Positions 40,964-53,323 are shown, numbered from the stretch's first letter. The stretch: 64,000 nucleotides of DNA from an uncultured Chloroflexia bacterium (GCA_963824735.1 CAWGQH010000002.1:42066-106065); one strand, 5' to 3'. Program-made: numbers and translations. Notes: generated from the sequence alone by a model not told the origin.

Positions 40964-42598
40964 ATGACGACAGCCGCTCCGGGGGAGCGGGCGGCGGCCG
41001 GGACCCCGTGGCCGTGGATGCTCCTCCTCGCGCTCCCGGTCATCGGTCTGCTCCTTCTGTTCGTCCGGCCGGAGCTCGACATGCGATGGGAGCATCACCC
41101 GAGCCATTTCTGGCTGGTCCTCCTGACGGCCGCCGGCAGCGTCGCGCTCGCCTACATCACGAACGTCGTCGCCACGCGGCAACGCGACGCCCGCCTGATC
41201 CTCGTGTCCCTGGCGTTCCTCGCGAGCGCGGGCTTCCTGGGCCTGCATGCGCTCGCGACACCGGGTGTCCTGCTGGGCACGCCCAACGCCGGTTTCGTCC
41301 TCGCCACGCCGATCGGGCTGTTCATCGCGTCCCTGTTCGCGGCCGCATCGGTGACAGCACTCGGCGGGCCCCGCGCGGTCGTCGTGCTCCGCCTGAGCCC
41401 GTTCCTGCTCGGGTTCGTCCTCGGACTGATGCTCCTCTGGGCCGTCGTGTCGCTCGCGGCGATCCCGCCGTTGAACGGACCGCTTCCACCAACCGAGGCC
41501 GCCGGCCCGCTCGCCGGGCTGGCCGTCGCCGGCGTGGTGCTGTTCGGTTTCGCGGCGTTCCGCTCTTCGCGCTTCTACGTCGAGCGGGGTGGCGTGCTGG
41601 TCCTGGCGGTCGCGGTCGCGCTGGCCCTGCTCGGTGAGGCGATGCTGGCGATTGCCCTGAGCCGCAACTGGCAGCTGAGCTGGTGGCTGTGGCACGTGCT
41701 GATGCTCGTCGCGTTCCTTGCGATCGCGCTTGGCACGCGGGCCGAGTACCGGCGGAGCGGCTCGCTCACGGGGGCATTCGGGGGCCTTTACCTCGAGGCA
41801 ACCCTGGCCCGGATCGATCGCTGGCACGCACGCGCGATCGCCGCGGTCGCGGCCGCGGGCGACCGGCCCGAGGCGGCCGATCGAGTGCTCGATGACCTGC
41901 GCCGCGAGGGTGCCAGCAGCGACGAGATCGCCCTCGTCTCCGAGGCGGCCGGCGAGGTCAAGCGTCTCGACGCACTGTTCCGCCCGTACCTTCCCTCGCA
42001 CGTGGCGCGCGACCTGCGTCAGGAGCCGAGCATCGGGCGCCTTGGCGGGGTGGAACGTGAAGTGAGCGTGATGTTCGCCGATCTGGCGGGCTTCACCACG
42101 TTCAGCGAGACGCGCTCGCCGTCCGAGGTGATCGCGATGCTCAACCGCTATTGGGCCGACGTCGTCCCGTTGATCGATGCGTCGGGCGGCGTCGTCGAGC
42201 AGTTCGCCGGGGACGGGGTGATGGCCAGCTTCAACACCACCGGCGAGCTGGCAGACCATGCCAGCCGCGCCGCCGGGACCGCACTCGCGATCGTCGGCGC
42301 GGGGCGCCGACTTGCCGCCGAGCACCCGGGCTGGCCGCTCTTCCGCGCGGGCGTCAACACGGGAACGGCTGTCGTGGGCACCGTCGGTTCGACCGAGCGC
42401 CGCAGTTTCGCGGTCATCGGCGATACGACGAACACCGCGGCGCGCCTCCTCGCGGTCGGCGAGGCGGGACAGGTCGTCGTCGCGCAGTCGACGTGGAGCG
42501 CGCTGGGCGAGGGTCGCGACGGCATCCCGCTGGGACCGACGCGCGTGAAGGGCCGCCGCCGCCCGGTCGAGGCGTGGGTCCTCCGCGCGACGGGTTGA
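40964..42598 (+). CDS. multi-TM class III nucleotide cyclase
   Basis: About 8 TM helices, then VSVMFADLAGFT, FAGDG, GVNTG, IGDTTNTAARL, VKGR. Confidence 0.88.
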   Translation: MTTAAPGERAAAGTPWPWMLLLALPVIGLLLLFVRPELDMRWEHHPSHFWLVLLTAAGSVALAYITNVVATRQRDARLILVSLAFLASAGFLGLHALATPGVLLGTPNAGFVLATPIGLFIASLFAAASVTALGGPRAVVVLRLSPFLLGFVLGLMLLWAVVSLAAIPPLNGPLPPTEAAGPLAGLAVAGVVLFGFAAFRSSRFYVERGGVLVLAVAVALALLGEAMLAIALSRNWQLSWWLWHVLMLVAFLAIALGTRAEYRRSGSLTGAFGGLYLEATLARIDRWHARAIAAVAAAGDRPEAADRVLDDLRREGASSDEIALVSEAAGEVKRLDALFRPYLPSHVARDLRQEPSIGRLGGVEREVSVMFADLAGFTTFSETRSPSEVIAMLNRYWADVVPLIDASGGVVEQFAGDGVMASFNTTGELADHASRAAGTALAIVGAGRRLAAEHPGWPLFRAGVNTGTAVVGTVGSTERRSFAVIGDTTNTAARLLAVGEAGQVVVAQSTWSALGEGRDGIPLGPTRVKGRRRPVEAWVLRATG

Positions 42599-42602
42599 AC
42601 GC

Positions 42603-43481
42603 CTACGAACCGCCGGATCCGTCGCGCGGGTCGTCGCCCCACGCCTCGCCGAAGAGCGCCCGTCCCCAACCCTTCTCGGGCAAGCCATGTTCCGCACGCT
42701 GCTCGGGCGTCATCGCCGCCCAGTAGGCACGGGTGACCTCCGGAACGCTCGTCATCGCCGACACGGCTTCGGCCTGGCGCGTCGCCTCGCGCTCGGCCGG
42801 GGTCGGCTTGTTCGCCCACTCCGCCAGCCAGCCCTCGAATGACGGCGCCACGTCCCGAAAGGCTCGCGACCAGCCCCCGTCCCGACCTTCCTCGTCGAGC
42901 TCCTCGAAGTCGAACTCGACGATGCGGTGGGGAGTCATCGCGGCATCGATGCAGGTGTAGACGCCGCTCAGGTCGACGATCGGGAGGAGGCCAGCGGGCC
43001 ACACCCACTGTCGATTCTCCTGGACCGCATCGAGCATCTCCTCGTAGAGGTCCTCGACAGTCTGGCGGCGGTCCGTGGACCAGCCACTGGCAATGCCGAG
43101 GATGCCGGCACCCGGCCCGAAACCGCCGTTCGCGACCTCGGCATACAGCCGGCGCAGCAGCGGCGGCAACGCGAAGCCGAGGCGGCGTTCCGCGGCCGCC
43201 AGCTGCGCTTCGCTCGCGGCGGCAGGCAGAGGGATGTCCACGGGGGTCGTCATCGAGCGCTCGATCGACTCGGCCCGGGCATTGATCTCGGCGTCGGGTC
43301 CCTGTCGCAGGAGCCGCCCGAGGTCGGCGGCGAGCGAGCGACCCATTCCCATCAGGTCGCCGACACCCATGGTCGTGACCGACGACCACAGCTCGGACTG
43401 GCGCTGCTCGACGCGGCTCGCCGGGTCCGCCACCCGTTCGCGGACCCGCTGGACGAGGTCGTCGGTGCGTGCCGGCTCCAC
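42603..43481 (-). CDS. SMI1/KNR4 family protein
   Basis: ASEAQLAAAERRLGFALPPLLRRLY.EVANGGFGP, SFEGWLAEW. Confidence 0.8.
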   Translation of the reverse strand: MEPARTDDLVQRVRERVADPASRVEQRQSELWSSVTTMGVGDLMGMGRSLAADLGRLLRQGPDAEINARAESIERSMTTPVDIPLPAAASEAQLAAAERRLGFALPPLLRRLYAEVANGGFGPGAGILGIASGWSTDRRQTVEDLYEEMLDAVQENRQWVWPAGLLPIVDLSGVYTCIDAAMTPHRIVEFDFEELDEEGRDGGWSRAFRDVAPSFEGWLAEWANKPTPAEREATRQAEAVSAMTSVPEVTRAYWAAMTPEQRAEHGLPEKGWGRALFGEAWGDDPRDGSGGS

Positions 43482-43490
43482 GGTTCGATG

Positions 43491-43967
43491 CTAGTGCAGC
43501 GCCTGCCGAAGCGCCTCCTCGGCCTCCTCGTCGAGACTGGTCTGGATCACGTCGCCCTCGAAGTCCCGGAGCGCCGGCATCAGCGCATCCGCGTCGGCGT
43601 CCTTCACGACCAGGAACAGTGCAGAGCGGCCGGGTTGCAGCGTGTCCTTGACCTCGTCGACGAACTTGCCGCTCACGCCTTTGTCGAGCAGCGCCCCGAA
43701 CGCCGCACCGACGGCGGCCCCGATCGCGATCCCCACGACCGGCATGGCGAACACCAGGAGACCACCGAGGACCGCGCCGACTGCGGCACCGGTCTCGGTC
43801 GTGCCGCTTGCCTCGTTGCGAACGTGCGCCTTCCCGTCCTCGGCACGTTCGACGATCGCGGTGTCCTCGAAGCGGATCTTGCCGGCGCGCTCCAGGTCCC
43901 GGAGCCGACGCATCGCGTTGCGGGCGTCCTCGAGATGGTTGAAGCCGACGACCACGAGCTGGCTCAT
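43491..43967 (-). CDS. DUF1269 family protein
   Basis: MSQLVVVGF, EDTAIVER, Gly-rich helices, LQPGRSALFL, VIQTSL..E..LR. Confidence 0.88.
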   Translation of the reverse strand: MSQLVVVGFNHLEDARNAMRRLRDLERAGKIRFEDTAIVERAEDGKAHVRNEASGTTETGAAVGAVLGGLLVFAMPVVGIAIGAAVGAAFGALLDKGVSGKFVDEVKDTLQPGRSALFLVVKDADADALMPALRDFEGDVIQTSLDEEAEEALRQALH

Positions 43968-44014
43968 CCGGTGCTCCTTCGATCATTCTTCACAGGGCAC
44001 GGCTGAGGGTATGG

Positions 44015-44042
44015 GCACAGGCGACTGTCAGCAACTTGTCAG
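44015..44042. promoter_or_regulatory. OmpR-type tandem direct repeat
   Basis: GCACAG / TGTCAG / TGTCAG at 44015, 44026 and 44037 (11-bp period). Confidence 0.45.
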
Positions 44043-44095
44043 GATCGGCGCCCACCATCGCACCAGCGTTTTGACCGTTCCGGAGGCTCGTCCAG

Positions 44096-44941
44096 ATGAT
44101 CCAGCCGCCCGCCACCCACGACGACCACGAGCTCGAGGAACATGACCGCGGGCTCGTCTACGACCTCGGCACCCTGGACCGGCGGCGCGTCCTCAAGCTG
44201 CTCGGGTTCGGTGGCCTCAGCGCCGGCCTGTTCACGCTCGTCGGCTGCGGGCCGGACGGCGCGACCGGCAGTGCGAGCGCCGCGGTCGCGGCGACGGACG
44301 CGACCGGGGCCAGCTGTGCACTCGTGCCCGAAGAGACCGCCGGGCCGTTCCCGGGCGACGGCTCCAACGGTCCGAACATCCTCGCCGAGAGCGGTGTGGT
44401 TCGAAGCGACATCCGCTCGAGCTTCGGCTCGTCGACGACCGTGGCCGAGGGCGTCCCGCTCACGATCCAGCTGACCGTCCAGGACGCGGAATGCGCGCCG
44501 CTGGCGGGCGCGGCGGTCTACCTCTGGCACTGCGACCGGGACGGCAACTACTCGATGTACTCGGAGGCTGCGGCGGACGAGAACTACCTGCGCGGCGTCC
44601 AGGAGGCCGACGACGCGGGCCTCGTCACGTTCAGCAGCATCTTCCCGGCCTGCTACCAGGGCCGCTGGCCGCACATCCACTTCGAGGTCTACCCGAGCCT
44701 CGAGCTGGCGACCGACGAGCAGAACAAGATCGCGACGTCGCAGATCGCGCTGCCGCAGGACGCCTGCGAGACCGTCTACGCGACCGCCGGCTACGAGCAG
44801 AGCGTCCGAACCCTCGACCAGGTGTCACTCGAGGGCGACAACGTCTTCGGCGACGACGGCGGGGCGCGCCAGCTCGGCACGGTGACCGGCAACGCGGCGG
44901 ACGGCTTCACGGTGGCACTGACGGTGGCCGTCGAGGGCTGA
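44096..44941 (+). CDS. Tat-exported intradiol ring-cleavage dioxygenase-like protein
   Basis: DRRRVL Tat-like signal, PEETAGPFPGDGSNGP, WHCDRDGNYS, YLRGVQ, YQGRWPHIHFEV. Confidence 0.88.
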   Translation: MIQPPATHDDHELEEHDRGLVYDLGTLDRRRVLKLLGFGGLSAGLFTLVGCGPDGATGSASAAVAATDATGASCALVPEETAGPFPGDGSNGPNILAESGVVRSDIRSSFGSSTTVAEGVPLTIQLTVQDAECAPLAGAAVYLWHCDRDGNYSMYSEAAADENYLRGVQEADDAGLVTFSSIFPACYQGRWPHIHFEVYPSLELATDEQNKIATSQIALPQDACETVYATAGYEQSVRTLDQVSLEGDNVFGDDGGARQLGTVTGNAADGFTVALTVAVEG

Positions 44942-44993
44942 CCCCGGTCCCGGCCTCGGGTATCGTGTCGGTGACCCCATCGGATCCCGCCAC

Positions 44994-46293
44994 ATGCCCG
45001 ATCATCGTGACCTGTCGCACCGAGGTTCATGGCGCGCCTCAGCCGCCCTGATCCTGCTCGCGGTCGCCGTTTCCGGCTGTGGACGCGACGATGGGGTCAC
45101 CACGGCCGGACCGTCGGTCGTGGCGATGCCGGCTTCCACCGCTCCCGCCACGCCCACGCCATCGGAGGTCTCGATGCCAGCCGCTCCGACGGGCGATTTC
45201 TACGCGATCCCGGATCCGCTGCCCGCCGGCCCGCCCGGTGCACCGATCTGGGCGGAGCGCGTCGCCGCACCGCCTGGTGCGCTCGCCTGGCGGATCCTGT
45301 ACCACTCGCGCACCATCCACGACGAGGACATCGCGGTCTCGGGCCTCGTCGTCGCGCCCGAGGCTGCGCCCCCGGAAGGCGGATTCCCGGTGATTGCCTA
45401 CGCCCACGGGACGACGGGCCTGGCCGATCCCTGCGCTCCCTCGAAAGCGGCGCAGCCGCTCGTCACTGACGACGATGCCGCGGGCGACCTGCCGCTGCCA
45501 CCGTTCTGGGAGGAAGGCTACGTCGTCGTGGCGACCGACTACGAGGGACTCGGAACGCCGGGACGGCACCCCTACATCGTCGGAGGCAGCGAGGGTCGTG
45601 GCATCCTCGACAGCATCCGCGCGGCGCGTGCCCTGCCCGACGCGCACGCGGGTGATCAGGCCGTGGTGGTCGGCATCTCGCAGGGAGGGCACGCGGCGCT
45701 CTTCACGGGCGAAGCTGGCCGACGCCTATGCGCCGGACGCGGGCCTGCTCGGGGTCGTGGCCTTGGCCCCCGGTGCCGAGCTCGCGCAGGCGGCCATGCT
45801 GCTGCTCGGCGACGAGTCGGTCGTCGGTTTCGCGGTCGCAATCGGCGCCGGGTTTGATGCCGCCTACCCCGACGTTCGACTCGCGGACATCCTCACCCCC
45901 AAGGCGCTGGCGGCCATCGACGTGGTCGACACCGGCTGCATCGACGACATCCTCGCGACGTACGCCGGGCCGGTCGCGGAAACCCTCAGGCTCGAGGGCT
46001 TGATGCAGCCACCGTGGCCGGCGCTGCTCGACGAGAACACGCCTGGGCGAGCGGCGACGAGCGTGCCCGTCTTCGTCGGCCAGGGAGACGCCGACGCCCT
46101 CGTCGTCCCCGAGCTCACCGATGCGCTCGTCGTGCGGCTGTGTGCGATCGGCGACGACGTCACGTATCGCCGCTACCCGGGTGCCTCGCACGGGGGCGTG
46201 GTGGAGGCCGCGCACGAGGACGTCCTCGGCTGGATCGAGGACCGGCTCGCCGGCCGCCCGACGGGCACGGCCGGCGGTGACTGTCCCGGCTGA
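44994..46293 (+). CDS. secreted lipase (LIP family) lipoprotein (frameshift near 45712)
   Basis: Lipobox VSGC, RILYHS, AHGTTG..CAPS, VATDYEGLGTPG, GISQGG, QGDAD, H.G. Confidence 0.85.
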
Positions 46294-46296
46294 GCG

Positions 46297-48767
46297 TCAG
46301 CCGGCCGACGGGTTCGGAGCGAGCGAGCTGCGGGTCCGGGTGCGCCGGCGGCGCGCCGGGCGCTCTTCCGGCGCCGGGTCCGTCGCCGCTTCGGCCGGCG
46401 CGACGATCGCGGCGATCGCATCGCCGGTCTGCGCCCGGAACTGCGCACCGGCCAGCGGACGGCTGAACAGGTAGCCCTGGCCATACGCGCAGCCGAGCGA
46501 TCGCATGTGCTCGGCCTGTTCGAGGGTCTCGATGCCCTCGGCCACCGCCTGGATGTCGAGCGAGCGCCCGAGCGCCACGATCGCCCCGGCAAGGGCCGAC
46601 GAGCGGTCGCCGGCGTCGGCGCCCTGGACGAACTCGCTGGCGATCTTGAGCACATCGACCGGGAACTGGCGGAGATGGCTCAACGAGAAGTAGCCCGTCC
46701 CGAAATCGTCGATGGAGATCCGGACGCCGAGCCCGCGCAGTTCGTCGAGCGTGGCGACCGTTGCCGGCGTCGCTCGCAAGAGGGCGGTCTCCGTGATCTC
46801 GAGGACGAGACGCTTCGGGTCGATGCCGGATTCTGCGAGCGTCTCCTTCACGCCGTTGACGAAGCCTGCGTGCTGGACCTCACGGGCGGACACGTTGACG
46901 CTGAGGAACAGGTCATCGGGCACCGCGCCGTCGCGTTGCCACGCCCCGGTCTGCCGGCACGCTTCGCGGAGGACCCAGCGACCGATCGGCAGGATCGCGC
47001 CGTTCTCCTCGGCGATCTCGATGAACTTCCCCGGCGGGATCGTGCCGCGCGTCGGGTGGTCCCAGCGGACGAGCGCCTCGGCGCCGGCCATCCGGCGTGT
47101 CGCGAGCTCGACGATGGGCTGGTAGACGAGGCGCAGCTGGTCGAGTTCGACGGCGCGCTGGAGGTCTCCGGCGAGCTCGTGGCGATCACGGATCGCAGCA
47201 TGCATCCCAGGGTCGAAGACCGCGAATGCGGCCTTGCCATTGGCCTTGGCCATGTACATCGCCACGTCGGCGTTGCGGACGAGGTCGCGCGCACCGTCGA
47301 CCGCGTCGCGGGCGCTCGCGACGCCAATGCTCGCGCTGACGTGGACGGGCTTCCCGTCGATCAGGTATGGCGCGCGCAACTCGCGCACGAGGCGCTCGGC
47401 CATGGCGCGGGCGCGGGCCAGGTCGGGCTGGTCCACCGTGAGCACGGCGAACTCGTCGCCACCGAGGCGGGCCACGAGGTCGTTCCCCCGGACGAGACCC
47501 GAGATCCGTTCCGTCACGGCGACGAGGAGTGCATCGCCGGTCGCGTGACCAAGGGTGTCGTTGACGACCTTGAAGTCGTCGAGGTCGATGAAGAGCACGG
47601 CGCTGACGGTCTCCGCAAGGTGCGGTGCCGCGTGCGGATCGAGCACCTGCTCGAGGCTCAGCTGGAACATGCGGCGGTTCGCCGCCCCGGTGAGCGAATC
47701 ACGCTCGGCGAGGTCCTGGACGTGACGCAGCAGGACGGCATTGCGCAGGTTGAGCGCGGCGATCGCGCCGAGCTGGCCGACCACCGACACGACCCGTCGC
47801 TCGATGCCGAGCGAGCGGCGCCGTCCGTACTCGAGGACGATCGCGCCGACCGCCCTGCCGTCCGCGAGCATCGGCGAGACCAGGACGTTCCGCGCGTCCG
47901 GCAGCACCGAGGCGAGGAAGGGGTTCACCGCGGCGTCCAGCCGTCGAACCGGCAGCGGATGGCGCTGGTCCCACGAACGGGTCACGATGGCGTCAGGGTC
48001 GACAGGGGCCGTGGGGGCGTCGTCAACGCCGTGCGACGCAAGCACGAGCAGCTGGCCCTCGGATGCGCCGAGGACCAGCCCGCGCACGAATCCGAAGCGC
48101 TCGACCAGGCCGTCGAGGACGATCCGCGACTGGACGACGGGATCGCGCGCCTCGTCGAGGCGAGCGCCGATGTCGACCATCGCCTGCAGGTCGCCCCGCC
48201 GCTGGCGCAGCTCCCGCTCGTTGATCGCCGAGAAGACCGACGTCGCAAGCGCAAACAACCAGAATGCCGACACGCTCAGGAGGGGCATGCGCTCGAACTC
48301 GATCTCGCGTCCGGGAACGACGTCCACCGGCGGAAGGAGGTGCGCGGCCTGCGCGTACAGGACGACGAACAGCAGCAGCGAGTGCCACAGCGCGATCTTG
48401 AGGCCGGTTCGATACGAGGCCAGGAGCGAAACGGCGACAAGATGGAGGTAGATGAAGAAGCGGAACGGGCTCTGGCTTCCGCCGGTCACGTACATCGCCG
48501 TGGCCAGGAAGGCACCGTCGATCAGGAGCATGACCGTGAGGAGGCTGTAATTGAAGCGCGTGGAACGTCGCCGCGCGCCTTCGAAGATGATCGAGATCGC
48601 GGCGTAGCCAACCACCACCGAGGCGACCGTGCTGTATGGGACGCCCAGCGCTTCAGGCCGGACGGCCCCGCCGATCAACGTCACGACCGCGACCGCGATG
48701 CGGATCCCGAAGAGGTAGCCCATCCGGTCGTTGAGGGACGCGTGGTCATCCCTGTCGAGGGTCGCGT

Positions 48768-48771
<4 letters not shown>
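46297..48771 (-). CDS. membrane GAF-GGDEF-EAL diguanylate cyclase / phosphodiesterase
   Basis: N-terminal TMs, [29 protein letters not shown]-site, GGDEF, EAL, EITE, DDFGTG. Confidence 0.93.
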
Positions 48772-50186
<1,415 letters not shown>

Positions 50187-50504
50187 CCCCGGACCCCTCA
50201 TGTGTCCCGCCGGAGGGCCCAACAGCGGGCTCAACGACCTCAGTTGGAGCGCCACCCCCGGATGGCGCTGGCAAAGGAATACGGCACCCGCCCTAGTCCT
50301 CTCCACTGCTCGTTGGTCGCCTATGGGGCTATGTGCGCGGGCGCACCTCGCCGGGGCGCAGGGGCACCGCCTTGCGGAGTACCAGCCGGGCGCTGGTACG
50401 AGTGGCGGGCGCGGCGCGACGGAGACGCCACGGAACCCCCCGAAACCGTCCGCATCCGACCCGACAGCGGGACCCGCTTCAGCGTCGGGGCGAGGGCGAT
50501 GGCG

Positions 50505-51734
50505 TCAGAAGAACGTCGAGCACCACGGCTCGTCGGGCATTCGCAGCAGCGCTTCGACCGCGGCAAGCGCGCCATTCCGGTGCTCGTCGACACCGTGGAC
50601 GAGGACCGCGTCGCGCAACCTCGTCCCACCCAGGTAGGCCGCACTAAGCGCCGCAACGTCAAGCGACAGATCCGGGCTCCGGTCGGTGGGCCGGCAGGAG
50701 GTGCCGGCCGGACCGGCATCGAGGTCGACTCGGAGGCGGCCGGCCGGGGCCTCGGCGTCGACGACCTCCAGGACGACCCGCGTCTCCCGGTCGTACGTCC
50801 GTGTCTCGAGCGCTCGTGGGACATCGAAGATGCGGACCCACATCCCATCGCCCACGTCCGACACGACCGCCGCGCGCCCGTTCGTGAGCAACCATGGCAG
50901 CGGGTCGGACGGGCTGCGCCGCGGGGCCTTCACGGTGGCGACCCAATCGACCTCGGCGAGGAACCGCCACAACGCCGCGCTGGCTTCCTGGGTCAGTCCG
51001 TGGAGCTCGTCGACAAGGAGTGTGTTGCGTGGCTGGCGCTGCTCCCAACGCTCCTCCGGCCGGTAACGCGCGTAGCCGTCCACTTCGCCGGCGGCGTCGT
51101 GGTGGATGGCCAGGAAGCCGCTCCACTTCGCTCCCCAGAACTCGTCGCGGAGCCCGAGCTCGAAGTCCCAGGAGTGGTCGCGCCGGCGGATCTCGCCGAC
51201 CTGGCGGAAGCGCCACGCGTCGAAAACGCTGCGGAGGGCGGCGCGCGCGTCGTCGCCCGGTGTCACCAACTCCACGGACCCCTCCGGCGACCCGTGGAAC
51301 GTCGTCCGCTCGGCATCCAGCGTCCAGGTCGCCTCGCGGCAGGCCGGCCCGTAGCCGAAGCGTCCATAGATCCGGTACTCCGAGGCGTACAGCATGCCGA
51401 ACACCTGGCCGTGCTCGCGGATCGCCGCGTGCTCCGTAGCAACCATTGCGCGGAGCACGCCCTGTCGTCGATGCGTCGGGAGCACCGTCACGGCCGACAC
51501 GCCAGCGGCCGGGAGGCAGGCCAGCCCCGGGACGGTCAGCTCGGTTGGCCAGCTCCGGAACGTGCCGCAGATCTGCCCGTCGACCACGGCGGCCCAGGTG
51601 CGACTGCCCTCCCAGAGCGGCCAGATCTCGCGGGCGACCTGCTCGACGTCAGGTCGCTGGAGGAACGCGGTGCTGAGGGCTTCAACGTACGAGGCGGTTT
51701 CGTCCTCGCGGACGGGGCGAATCTCCAGGGCCAT
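50505..51734 (-). CDS. Eis-like GNAT acetyltransferase with SCP2 C-terminus
   Basis: VTVLPTHRRQGVL, LYASEYRIYGRFGYG, DGMWVRIFDVPRAL, AAYLGG, C-terminal FF. Confidence 0.92.
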   Translation of the reverse strand: MALEIRPVREDETASYVEALSTAFLQRPDVEQVAREIWPLWEGSRTWAAVVDGQICGTFRSWPTELTVPGLACLPAAGVSAVTVLPTHRRQGVLRAMVATEHAAIREHGQVFGMLYASEYRIYGRFGYGPACREATWTLDAERTTFHGSPEGSVELVTPGDDARAALRSVFDAWRFRQVGEIRRRDHSWDFELGLRDEFWGAKWSGFLAIHHDAAGEVDGYARYRPEERWEQRQPRNTLLVDELHGLTQEASAALWRFLAEVDWVATVKAPRRSPSDPLPWLLTNGRAAVVSDVGDGMWVRIFDVPRALETRTYDRETRVVLEVVDAEAPAGRLRVDLDAGPAGTSCRPTDRSPDLSLDVAALSAAYLGGTRLRDAVLVHGVDEHRNGALAAVEALLRMPDEPWCSTFF

Positions 51735-51803
51735 CGAACGGACGATAGCATCCGACCGACGTTGCGGTCCGACCCGCTCGCCCGGGCGATTTCCGGGCTG
51801 CCG

Positions 51804-53144
51804 CTAGGCCGCGAATACGTCCTGTGGCTCGCCGATCTCGATCGGGTTGTTGACCGGGTCCGCACTCCACTCGAACCAGCCCCCGTCATAGACTGCCGCG
51901 CGCGGCCAGTCCTGGAGGTAGGCGTAGAACCACGTCTCACTGGCCCGCCAGCCGGTGCCGCAGTAGAACGCAACCCACTTCTCGGGGACGATCCCGGCCT
52001 CCGCCCAGTTGGCGGTGATCTCGGGATACGGCCGCATCGTGTTGTCGATGTTCCGGTAGTGCTGCATGTGGTAGGCGTCGGAGCCGCAGTTGCCCCAGAC
52101 GTCGCCCTTGATCCGTCCCGCCGGGCCGATGTAGTTGTAGCCGCTCACCGCGCCGATATGCTCGCGCCACGTCCGGATGCTGACGAGTGCCGCGCCGTCG
52201 GGATCGGCCAGCATCTCCTTGGCCTCCGCGATGTCGACGATCAGCTCCGGGCGCTGCGGGATTGTTGCGCCGAACTCCGGCACCGAGACGGGCTGGCGCG
52301 GCGTCGTCTCGACCGGGTTGCCTTCCCGGACCCACCAGTCGTACCCGCCGTCGAGGAGGCGGACATCGTCGACGCCCGCGTAGCGCAGGATCAGCGCGGC
52401 GCGGGTGGCGGCGATCTGCCCTGCCCGGCGCCCTGGCCACTTCTCGTTCGCATCGCCCTCGGTGTCGCGCCCGTAGAGGATCACGGTCGTATCGGCCGTG
52501 ATCCCGAGCGACCGCAGCGCATGATCGAGCTCGGCCGGCGTCCGGCGATTCCAGTCGGCCGGCGACTCGAGCCAGTTGGTGTCGAGATAGTGGGCGCCCG
52601 GGATGTGACCGTCGGCGTACTCCTCGGGTACCCCGAAGTTCACGTGAAAGAGCACGTGGCGGGTCGCCGGGGGCGCCTCGGGCCGTTCGCCTGCGAGCAC
52701 GGCCTGCAGCCAGGCGATGTGCACCAGCTTGTCGTAGTTCGCCAGGCCCTCGACGGGCAGGCCTTCGTCGGCCGCCCACGCGGCCCAGCCGGCGTCATAG
52801 CTGCGCACGTCCTCGAGGCCGCTCGCAAGCAGATGGTTCGCGAGCGGGACCGTGTCGTCCGGCCCGTCGCCATAGATCACGATGGAACGGCCGGGCTCAA
52901 CGCCCTTCGAACGGAGGAGGCGTTCGATCTCGGGCGCATCCACGGATCGCAGCCAATCGCCCGGGAACGCCACAGCGCCCGGGACGTGGCCGCCGCGAGC
53001 CTCGCCTCGGAGGCGCCAACCGTTGTAGGCGGCCAATGGGCGCACGTCGACGATCGTCAGTGCCGGGTCGCCCAGCCGGTCACGAAGCTCGTCGGTCGAA
53101 ATTGCCAGGCCGGTTCCCTCTTGAACGATGTGGAGCGTGCTCAT
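51804..53144 (-). CDS. three-domain rhodanese / thiosulfate sulfurtransferase (YnjE-like)
   Basis: GHVPGA, GHIPGAHYLDTNWLES, SGYNYI..AGRIKG, FYCGTGWRASE active loop, YDGGWFEWS. Confidence 0.92.
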   Translation of the reverse strand: MSTLHIVQEGTGLAISTDELRDRLGDPALTIVDVRPLAAYNGWRLRGEARGGHVPGAVAFPGDWLRSVDAPEIERLLRSKGVEPGRSIVIYGDGPDDTVPLANHLLASGLEDVRSYDAGWAAWAADEGLPVEGLANYDKLVHIAWLQAVLAGERPEAPPATRHVLFHVNFGVPEEYADGHIPGAHYLDTNWLESPADWNRRTPAELDHALRSLGITADTTVILYGRDTEGDANEKWPGRRAGQIAATRAALILRYAGVDDVRLLDGGYDWWVREGNPVETTPRQPVSVPEFGATIPQRPELIVDIAEAKEMLADPDGAALVSIRTWREHIGAVSGYNYIGPAGRIKGDVWGNCGSDAYHMQHYRNIDNTMRPYPEITANWAEAGIVPEKWVAFYCGTGWRASETWFYAYLQDWPRAAVYDGGWFEWSADPVNNPIEIGEPQDVFAA

Positions 53145-53323
53145 GGGTGGATCCCTCTGGATTGTCGTGCTGCAGTCAAACAAAAACCCCGCTCGGATCG
53201 AGCAGGGGTGACGGTGGGTGCTGCGCGGTTCGTCAGGCGCGTTCCGCGCTCATGGACACCATCTGCCCTGCCCGGTAGGGGGCAACAGCAACAGTTGAGG
53301 CGGATGCGCGTCGCGTGATCCAT
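53141..53323 (-). CDS. poly-cysteine leader peptide (MDHATRIRLNCCCCP...)
   Basis: TGT TGC TGT TGC at 53293-53282, directly downstream of a promoter and upstream of a sulfurtransferase. 60 aa as read, 29 aa if one C is removed from a C5 run. Confidence 0.7.
   Translation of the reverse strand: MDHATRIRLNCCCCPLPGRADGVHERGTRLTNRAAPTVTPARSERGFCLTAARQSRGIHP
53178..53209 (-). terminator. attenuator terminator upstream of the sulfurtransferase
   Basis: ACCCCTGCTCG-ATC-CGAGCGGGGT followed by TTTTGTTT on the minus strand. Confidence 0.8.

Noticed and set aside
50400-50500. CCCGACAGC resembling the 3' end of a c-di-AMP (ydaO) riboswitch
   Set aside because: Lacks the following CTAAC and the upstream GCTGAA / GGGGTGAA elements in the right order, and is on the wrong strand for the downstream operon
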